Shown here one piece after another: positions 17,897 to 24,797 of a stretch of 24,797 nucleotides of DNA. The notes under the pieces were generated by a model, which was not told the DNA's origin, searched no databases, and saw only the letters and a program-made list of their open reading frames with translations. This DNA comes from a virus. Lineage: Duplodnaviria > Caudoviricetes. The position numbers and the translations under genes are program-made. The stretch is taken from IMG/VR virus record IMGVR_UViG_3300020042_000970, positions 1 to 24,797 of that record. One strand, given 5' to 3'. Numbering within the stretch: the first letter of the stretch is position 1; every line of letters begins with the position of its first letter.

Positions 17897-20800
17897 TACT
17901 GAGCAACTCCCTGTGAATAAACGGCATCATAAACCGAATCGTAAGATAACCAGCGGTCATACAAATCTCCAAAGCCAATGTCTTCCTGCTTTAATTTGTT
18001 GGCAACCGATTCAAATGCAAACTTAATGTCAGCATTTGTTTTAGCGTTAATGTTTTTAGACTCACGTGATGCGAGTGCAGCCTCTGTTGCTGTTCGTACT
18101 TCCAGGTACACCGCAATAGATTTGAATGTTGGATTGTCACCGTACTGGCTCATAAACTTTTCATTGTTTGTAATGGCTTCAAGACCACGAATAATCTTGT
18201 TAGTCTTTGATCCATCGGTATCTAAGTAATCGTCATACCAAGCTGCATTATCTTTACCTAGTTGAGCAACCATCTGCTTTTTCATTGAAGCTAGATCTGC
18301 GCCAGCTTTGGATTGAAGGTTAGTTAGCCCACGACGCTGCATCTCTGAATCAATGTTAGCCATAACATCTCGATATTTAATCCAACCAAGTGAACGCTCG
18401 TTATCTAGAGCAGCTTCTGCTGGATCCTTACGGGTACGGTAGAACTCACCTGAACTTGGAGAGATAGTATTAGTCTGTTGCCACATGTAAGCAGCCTGGG
18501 AAAAATCGTAAGCCTGGCCAGCATTAGTTACAATACCAATAAGTTTAGGATCAATCAATGACAAATCTGTAATTAAATCAGCGTGTGTTTTAGCGTTACT
18601 TACAGAACCAACAGATGCAAATGAACCAGTAGTATTCTTTGATAACGATTGAGTAAATTCAAAGAAGTCATCACCATAATCTTGCCAATATTTAGTTTGA
18701 GCATCCATGCCAAATTTTTCTTGATACTGTCTCCACTGGTCAATGTAGAACTTGTATGGTGTTTGGAATTGTGGAGCAAACGGCAAGATTAAGTTAGCAA
18801 CAGTACGCATGTTGTAATACGCATCAGTCATCTTCTCAACTTCAACAGCAGTAACTGCAGGCTGTCCCGCTTCACGACGCTTGTGCTGTTCCGTTGTCCA
18901 GATTAAAGCATAAGTGTTGGCGTACTGTTGGCTGCTTTGGCCATCTTCCTTAGTAAGCTGACGCTTAACCCAGGCTGGCAAGAAAGCACGAACTGCGTTA
19001 CGCTCTGGTCCAAATGGAATTGCCCACTTTAAGCTGTCTTCAAGTTCTGGTTTTTTCTTAACCATTTCTGAAATTGGAATAGCAACATAAGGACCAACAG
19101 GTATCTGTGCAATGTCTCCCTGGAATACAACATCAAGGGATCGCTTTTGAATACCCATCTGAGTTAGTGAGGTAAGACCCTTGCCAATAAAGGGAGCGTT
19201 CTGTAATGACTTAGGAACTTCAAGCCAGATGTAATCATTAACACTTGCTTGGTCTGCTGGAACTGGGTTACCGTTTTCATCAGTAGCAATACCTGCACGG
19301 TTAGGTGAAGTAAATATTAAGTTAGCGCGAGTAATTGTCTGCGGCTTTTCGTAAGCAATTCTAGCCCAGGTCTTAGCGGTGTTTTCAAACGCTGAAAAGA
19401 ATGGGGAAATAAATCTCATGTAATGAGCAAGATTGGTTTTACGGTCAATGGTAAACAACGTGGATTTTAGTTGACGCAAAGCAACTTTATGAGTTACGGA
19501 CATTGCTTCGTCCATCTCTTTGCTAGTTAAACGACGTGCGTTTGTACCCTCAAACATAGTTACGCGACGCTGTAACTCAGTACGGTAAAGAGAAATATAT
19601 AATGGGTGACGAGCTATTAGATCTTCTGGCATTGAGCCAATTAACCTAAACACTCCATTAACAATTTGCTTAGCGTGGCCGCGAGAAACAAGGTTTAAGT
19701 TTTCTTCAAGGATGTGTCCGTGAATTGTTGGCAATCCATCAGTACCAGTAAATGTACCACGTAGCATGTCAGGACTAATTGGCGCACTATCCGTTGAGTT
19801 AATTAGTAACTGGCGTAAGTCGCGGCTAGGAATGTAACTATCTACAAATCCTTTAACGGCAGCAACATGCCCATCAATTTCCCATGAGTCTAGGTTTAAG
19901 CGCTTTGCTGTGATGCGACCTTCTGGGTCTATTCTTAACCACTTGGCTACATCGGCAGGATCTGCACCGTCTTGCATTAATTTCATTGCTACAGCAGAAT
20001 TACGGAACTGGTAGTTTAGGGCTTGTGACCAAGCTTGGTAATAGTTTGCTGCATCTGGTTTAACTTCACCATAGCCAGTCTTTGTAAGACTGCGGGAGAA
20101 TAAACCAGCATTGTCATCAACCAAATTGTTCATTGAGTTTTCTGCGCTGGCATTAGTGCGGTGAATGTCAGCAAACTGACCACCTAAAGCATCGGAGAAC
20201 TCGTCGTAATTGTCACCAAATGCAGATTTTATTTTCCATTTGCCTTGGCCAACCTTACGTTTTTCTCCACGCTTTCCTGCTTTTTCTAATGCAGTAAGTT
20301 GGTTATTGTAATCTTCACGAACAGATTTTTTATCAGCAATGGCTTTTTCAATAACGCGCATGTCAGATTCTAGTTGAACATTTGGTGTAGTTGGGGAGTA
20401 AGTCTGTGATGCGTTCTCGCCATACCAAGCGTTAGCTTCGTCTGTGTATTCAGCAAGTGAACTTTCCAGCTTTGACGTTTCATAGTATGAATCAAACTGG
20501 GCAATGCCATCATTTACATACTCATCAAGAGTCTGTCTGCGCCATGGTGCTTCAATGTATTGCTGAGGTGATTTACCGTTGCGAACAGCCATGCCACGTA
20601 ATGATGATTCATCAAGGAACTGGTAAAATTCGCTACCAAATCCATCTACACTTGCTGCTGACAAACGACCAGTTGAAATAATAGCAGATAACTCATCTGC
20701 GTTTAATCGTCCATCTTTGTATGCTGCTAAGATTTTATTTAATGGAATTAAACCTTTGGTTTCAAGTAACTTGATATCACGTTTGTCTAATCCAAAAGCA

Positions 20801-23100
20801 CTTATTGCTTCTTCTTGCTTGGCAGCATAGTCCTCATCAATGACTACACGATGTTCGTCAGCTAAGCGCTTGGCTTCAACCTTAGAAGCTTTTAAGTATT
20901 CATCACCCTTAAACCCAAGGCGATCTGGAAGTATTCCCTGGTCTAGTAAGTTAACTTCTTCATCAGTGTATTTTGTGCTAGTAAAAATTGGATCTTCTGG
21001 TGGTACATAGCCATTGAACTCATCAAGTTGTTTGTTGTATTCATTGGCAATGCCTTGGTACTTTACTTGCAGTTCTCCAAGTTCACTATCAACTTTATCT
21101 AAGGAACGTTTAGTTGACTGGTATGTAACTGGCTTACCAGAAATTGATAAACGGTCTACGGTCCGAGCAGTAAGAGTATCTCTACTGTTAAGCGCAAGGT
21201 TCTTTATGCCAGGTCCAAGGTGACGCATAGATGCCATGGATCCAACAGATGCAGCAATACGAAGCTGTGCTTCAGTACCGTTACGGATTGTGTAACCAAG
21301 GCGCATAAGAACGCCAGCCTTAAACATAACTTGAAGTATGTCCATGGCTCCAATAAATTCGTTACCTATGCCATAGATTGTTGCAAGTGATTTGCTTTTT
21401 GTGGCAAGTTTATGTTGTCTAAGCACGGACTCTAAAAGATCTAGGTCCATCATAGGCAAATAGTTTGCAGTCTGAGATTCAAATACTGGCGCACTAATTA
21501 GGCCACCATCTTCGTCAATCATAAATCCGTTTTTGCGTAAAGACTCTTGAGCACCCATACGTGAGCGCCAGTGATTTTGATAAATTTTATTTGCATCTGC
21601 ACGGGAAATACCATATTTAGCAGCAATAGCTGAGAATCCTGCGTTTTCAATAATGGATAAAGAGACGGCGCGATCTTCAGGAGTTGTGGCTCTGTAGTAT
21701 CCAGCCATCATACCAGCAGCGCGTTCGTCCGTAACACCCTTGAATTGTTTTAATACATCTGAGTCAGGTGGAAGGAATGTGTACATGTCATCGCCAGCAA
21801 TGCGGTGAGCACGGTTAACAAATGCCATAACTTCAGCGCTTGATTCTGCTTCATTAAGATTAACAATTCCAGCTGGGCGCTCGTTACTTGGACTAGATAT
21901 AATCTGATACATGCGGTGAAATGGAGTTGGTTGCCATGCTTCAGCACGGGTTTCACCAGCAACAAATTTAGCCGAACGACCCTTAGCAAGAAAGTCATCT
22001 ACTGCTTGCATTGGCCGTGCACCTACGGTGCGGTTAATTACTCCACCAGGTGTTTTAGCCATTTGCTCCCATGAAGCAAACATTGCATCGCTGTTACGTA
22101 GATCTTCAAGTTCACGCAATGCGTCATTTACAACTTCTTGATCTGTATGTGGAAGTTCGTGAACAGTATTTTTTCCATCTTCCTTTTTAAGTAAAAACTT
22201 TTGAAAAGGATCTAAGATACCTTGCTGGCGAGCCATTGGATTACCAATGCTTGCACGTACATTCTGTAATTCATCTAATGCTCTAAAGTCTGCAAGACCA
22301 GCACGCATAACAAGTGCAACATCGTATGGGCTATTTGCCTGTCCTAAACCATAAGCAAGAGTGTCTCTCATTGGAGACTTGCGAATCATTGGATGATTGT
22401 AAGCATACTCTGCGCCGTTGGCAGTAAAATCATCAAGTACTTTACTGTACTTATTTGTTATTCCATTGGTAGGATCTGCTGCTTCTACAATATCGTTAAT
22501 TGCTTTAGCTGCTTTTTGAGAGTTGTTAATGTTGTTAGTTACAAGGGATGAGCGACGGGCAACTTGAGCCGCTTTACCACCAACAATAGTTACATCGCCA
22601 AAGATTTGAATACCAGTGTCACCAAAACCAGACCAAAAACGTGGAGCACCAGTAGCAAAGAACTTGTCTACAGCAGCAGCATCTTCGTAATTAATCTTAT
22701 CTACAGCCTGTTGACCTGGCAAAACAGCGCCAATTCCACCTACAAGGGCTTGACCAAAAGAAGTATCTTGTGCCATGTCATAGGCTTTATCCATGTCACC
22801 ACCCGTTTGAGTAGCAGCAAGTATGCCTGTAGTTAATGGTTCACGTACGTACTCACGGTTAAAGGCGTCTATCTTTTGCAGCCCCTGTTTAATTCCAGGT
22901 GTTTCAGCAACGTCAGATACTGGTTTAAGCATGGCTTGTGCCCAGCTTGTTCCAGCACTCTTAAAGGTGTTGGCAAAGCCATTAAAATCTTCATCATCAT
23001 TCCACGGAGCAGAAGCTATATCCCAAAGAAACTTTGGTTGTGCTACTACTGCGCCAGCGGTATCTTGGGCTAATGTGCCCAGACGATCCCAGAAGCTCAA
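17896..23100 (-). CDS. Giant helical internal virion/ejection protein (1734 aa)
   Basis: Uninterrupted 5.2-kb ORF with TTGA overlap at its start. LMRLGYTIRN and ISPFFSAFEN-type motifs and the size are typical of podovirus large ejection proteins. Confidence 0.7.
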   Translation of the reverse strand: MSFWDRLGTLAQDTAGAVVAQPKFLWDIASAPWNDDEDFNGFANTFKSAGTSWAQAMLKPVSDVAETPGIKQGLQKIDAFNREYVREPLTTGILAATQTGGDMDKAYDMAQDTSFGQALVGGIGAVLPGQQAVDKINYEDAAAVDKFFATGAPRFWSGFGDTGIQIFGDVTIVGGKAAQVARRSSLVTNNINNSQKAAKAINDIVEAADPTNGITNKYSKVLDDFTANGAEYAYNHPMIRKSPMRDTLAYGLGQANSPYDVALVMRAGLADFRALDELQNVRASIGNPMARQQGILDPFQKFLLKKEDGKNTVHELPHTDQEVVNDALRELEDLRNSDAMFASWEQMAKTPGGVINRTVGARPMQAVDDFLAKGRSAKFVAGETRAEAWQPTPFHRMYQIISSPSNERPAGIVNLNEAESSAEVMAFVNRAHRIAGDDMYTFLPPDSDVLKQFKGVTDERAAGMMAGYYRATTPEDRAVSLSIIENAGFSAIAAKYGISRADANKIYQNHWRSRMGAQESLRKNGFMIDEDGGLISAPVFESQTANYLPMMDLDLLESVLRQHKLATKSKSLATIYGIGNEFIGAMDILQVMFKAGVLMRLGYTIRNGTEAQLRIAASVGSMASMRHLGPGIKNLALNSRDTLTARTVDRLSISGKPVTYQSTKRSLDKVDSELGELQVKYQGIANEYNKQLDEFNGYVPPEDPIFTSTKYTDEEVNLLDQGILPDRLGFKGDEYLKASKVEAKRLADEHRVVIDEDYAAKQEEAISAFGLDKRDIKLLETKGLIPLNKILAAYKDGRLNADELSAIISTGRLSAASVDGFGSEFYQFLDESSLRGMAVRNGKSPQQYIEAPWRRQTLDEYVNDGIAQFDSYYETSKLESSLAEYTDEANAWYGENASQTYSPTTPNVQLESDMRVIEKAIADKKSVREDYNNQLTALEKAGKRGEKRKVGQGKWKIKSAFGDNYDEFSDALGGQFADIHRTNASAENSMNNLVDDNAGLFSRSLTKTGYGEVKPDAANYYQAWSQALNYQFRNSAVAMKLMQDGADPADVAKWLRIDPEGRITAKRLNLDSWEIDGHVAAVKGFVDSYIPSRDLRQLLINSTDSAPISPDMLRGTFTGTDGLPTIHGHILEENLNLVSRGHAKQIVNGVFRLIGSMPEDLIARHPLYISLYRTELQRRVTMFEGTNARRLTSKEMDEAMSVTHKVALRQLKSTLFTIDRKTNLAHYMRFISPFFSAFENTAKTWARIAYEKPQTITRANLIFTSPNRAGIATDENGNPVPADQASVNDYIWLEVPKSLQNAPFIGKGLTSLTQMGIQKRSLDVVFQGDIAQIPVGPYVAIPISEMVKKKPELEDSLKWAIPFGPERNAVRAFLPAWVKRQLTKEDGQSSQQYANTYALIWTTEQHKRREAGQPAVTAVEVEKMTDAYYNMRTVANLILPFAPQFQTPYKFYIDQWRQYQEKFGMDAQTKYWQDYGDDFFEFTQSLSKNTTGSFASVGSVSNAKTHADLITDLSLIDPKLIGIVTNAGQAYDFSQAAYMWQQTNTISPSSGEFYRTRKDPAEAALDNERSLGWIKYRDVMANIDSEMQRRGLTNLQSKAGADLASMKKQMVAQLGKDNAAWYDDYLDTDGSKTNKIIRGLEAITNNEKFMSQYGDNPTFKSIAVYLEVRTATEAALASRESKNINAKTNADIKFAFESVANKLKQEDIGFGDLYDRWLSYDSVYDAVYSQGVAQ

Positions 23101-23543
23101 ATCATCTCCCGCAACTGTCGGATGATGTTGCGTGTCTCTGGTGATGTACTGGAACGGGAAGCGACTTGCATAAGAACTGGCATGTATGAGGCTATTGTGG
23201 CCTTAAACTCTTTATCTGCCGCTACTTCTTTTGCACCTAAACCTAGAGAACTCATGCCTGGCCCAGGGCCAGCATCTGCACCAGAGGTTACAGGCTCATT
23301 AGGGCGCTGTGTTGGTGCGTTAAATGGTATGACGGGGGCAGACTCAGGCATCATGCCAGAGGCGGCCAAAGGCGCTGCCTGCTGTTGTGCCATGAAAGCC
23401 TGCCCCTCGCCATACGGAAGACCAGATACGTACTGTGCTGCTTGTGAGTCTGCTGGTCCACCATCGGTACGCTGCGACAATGCGCCTGGGCCTGAAGCTG
23501 GCGCTGGGTTTGCTGGGGCTTGATACCCACCTTTTCCTGCCAT
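23097..23543 (-). CDS. Pro/Gly/Ala-rich hypothetical virion-associated protein (148 aa)
   Basis: AAGGCGG RBS; GPGALSQRTDGGP and PTQRPNEPVTSG motifs. Confidence 0.8.
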   Translation of the reverse strand: MAGKGGYQAPANPAPASGPGALSQRTDGGPADSQAAQYVSGLPYGEGQAFMAQQQAAPLAASGMMPESAPVIPFNAPTQRPNEPVTSGADAGPGPGMSSLGLGAKEVAADKEFKATIASYMPVLMQVASRSSTSPETRNIIRQLREMI

Positions 23544-23613
23544 AATTCTACCGCCTTTTTAATTAAACCGAATGATTTTACTTGCAGACCAGAACACAGT
23601 TCTGGACGTTTAT

Positions 23614-23784
23614 TTACTTACAGCCTTTGCCTGAACCTTTGGTTCCACTTGGCTTTGCACTATGTAAAATTGTGCTTGCGCTTGGCTTAGCTGGGCTTGG
23701 TGTTCCACTTGTGTGTGGAGCATCGTAGTATACTTTACCCATTGAACCTTGGTTCGCTGGTTTCTTTCCTGATCCGAAAGCCAT
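23614..23784 (-). CDS. 56-aa basic Gly/Ser/Pro-rich protein; not in ORF track
   Basis: AAGGAG RBS 7 nt upstream; MAFGSGKKPANQGSMGKVYYDAPHTSGTPSPAKPSASTILHSAKPSGTKGSGKGCK*. Confidence 0.75.
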   Translation of the reverse strand: MAFGSGKKPANQGSMGKVYYDAPHTSGTPSPAKPSASTILHSAKPSGTKGSGKGCK

Positions 23785-23797
23785 TATATTTCTCCTT

Positions 23798-24797
23798 TTA
23801 TCCTGCTGGCATCATTCTTGTAACACTCGAAGAGAGTGTTGGATTTCCCCTGCCGTTAAGACCAGCAAGGAGATATTGAATTGGAGGCTTTCCGCCTACC
23901 CCTACCTGACCAGGAGCTACACCCGTAGGTGAACCCGTCAGTGGATTGAGTCCAGAAACACCACCGCCCGCAGCAGCGGCCGCTTCTTCTGGAGAGCCAG
24001 GGACTGCAGGCTGCGATCCAGGTGCGGACGGTGGTGGCTCTGGGGCGAATACTTGAGCAACGATAGTTTCAATAGCATCACCTTTGAGGCGACCATCTAT
24101 GATTGCTGCTAGTTTTCCAATAAATTGTGAGGGATCTTGCCCGCTTTGTACCAGTGCTGGTAGCGATTGGGCTAGACCAGAGACTGCAGCAAGTAGCGAA
24201 TCACGCATTTTCTCGACTTCAATCTTCTGTTCTTCTTGGGTTACGTTAATTTCCCATGGCATTTGACGGCGCAAGAAGTCGCGTGAGATCAGTTGATCTC
24301 CACGTGCTTGCAAACCAAAGACTAAAGCTTGATTAGGGTTAAGGCCAGCCATCAAACCGTAGGTAACATCTACTACGTATTCGCCTGCAATGTCCTTAGA
24401 TGGGGTGTATTCCACCTGGAAGGGTGCACCTGCATCCATACCCTGTACGGTTTTACGTACATTCTTAAAGATTTTTTCGTCAACCTTAAAGCAAAGGGAC
24501 ATAACCTGGGTCAATGCTTCAGCAAATACAGTCTGTGCTGTCTTAACCTGAGTATCAAATCCACCCATAAGGGCTTCTACGCCACGGCCTGTAACGATAG
24601 AACCAGACATGTTACCAAGGCGACCCTCTGGGTAACGCCCACCAACACGTAGCTCTTGGTCTAATGCTGCTGATTCCTGGAATAAACCAGGAGGAACATT
24701 AAGATCTACACGACGAATCTTTTCTGGGGAAGCCGAACGAATAGTGGCATCAGGGCCAATTTCCATTACGTTTACATCTGCTGGTAATGCGTATGGT
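23798..24797 (-). CDS. Portal protein, C-terminal part (5' end outside window)
   Basis: Frame open to the window edge; TGRGVEALMGGFDTQV helix, VDVTYGLMAG and a Pro/Gly-rich tail; first gene of the head module. Confidence 0.75.
   Translation of the reverse strand, partial: PYALPADVNVMEIGPDATIRSASPEKIRRVDLNVPPGLFQESAALDQELRVGGRYPEGRLGNMSGSIVTGRGVEALMGGFDTQVKTAQTVFAEALTQVMSLCFKVDEKIFKNVRKTVQGMDAGAPFQVEYTPSKDIAGEYVVDVTYGLMAGLNPNQALVFGLQARGDQLISRDFLRRQMPWEINVTQEEQKIEVEKMRDSLLAAVSGLAQSLPALVQSGQDPSQFIGKLAAIIDGRLKGDAIETIVAQVFAPEPPPSAPGSQPAVPGSPEEAAAAAGGGVSGLNPLTGSPTGVAPGQVGVGGKPPIQYLLAGLNGRGNPTLSSSVTRMMPAG

Noticed and set aside
23589-23605. Inverted repeat CCAGAAC-TGT-GTTCTGG as a terminator
   Set aside because: It has a 7-bp stem with a 3-nt loop and no U-tract; it may be an operator or processing site but support is too weak to call.

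Overview
This window is the virion morphogenesis and lysis region of a tailed dsDNA phage with podovirus-like organisation; no tape-measure or sheath gene is evident. Every credible gene is on the minus strand, and many are joined by TAATG/ATGA stop-start overlaps. Reading order (right to left): portal (5'-truncated), two small Gly/Pro-rich genes, four probable internal-virion/ejection proteins (1734, 342, 370 and 282 aa), a ~200-nt structured non-coding gap, scaffold, major capsid protein, a strong hairpin, a long cassette of fibre/decoration genes (collagen-like, Gly-rich, Cys-rich minis), a GT2+TPR glycosyltransferase, tail adaptor/fibre/nozzle-like genes, two holin-like membrane genes and a truncated secreted protein. 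The gene content resembles uncultured freshwater actinobacterial phages (inference, not searched). The most striking element is a 77-nt RNA at 14825-14901. It folds like the tRNA-like domain of tmRNA (G3:U70 alanine determinant, A73, no D-stem, intact T-loop), but the whole mRNA-like domain is replaced by a short hairpin. It is followed by a second structured leader upstream of scaffold/capsid. Also notable: the glycosyltransferase lies between 20-nt direct repeats that duplicate the start of a Cys-rich gene, and four ORFs absent from the supplied track were found (three complete, one partial).
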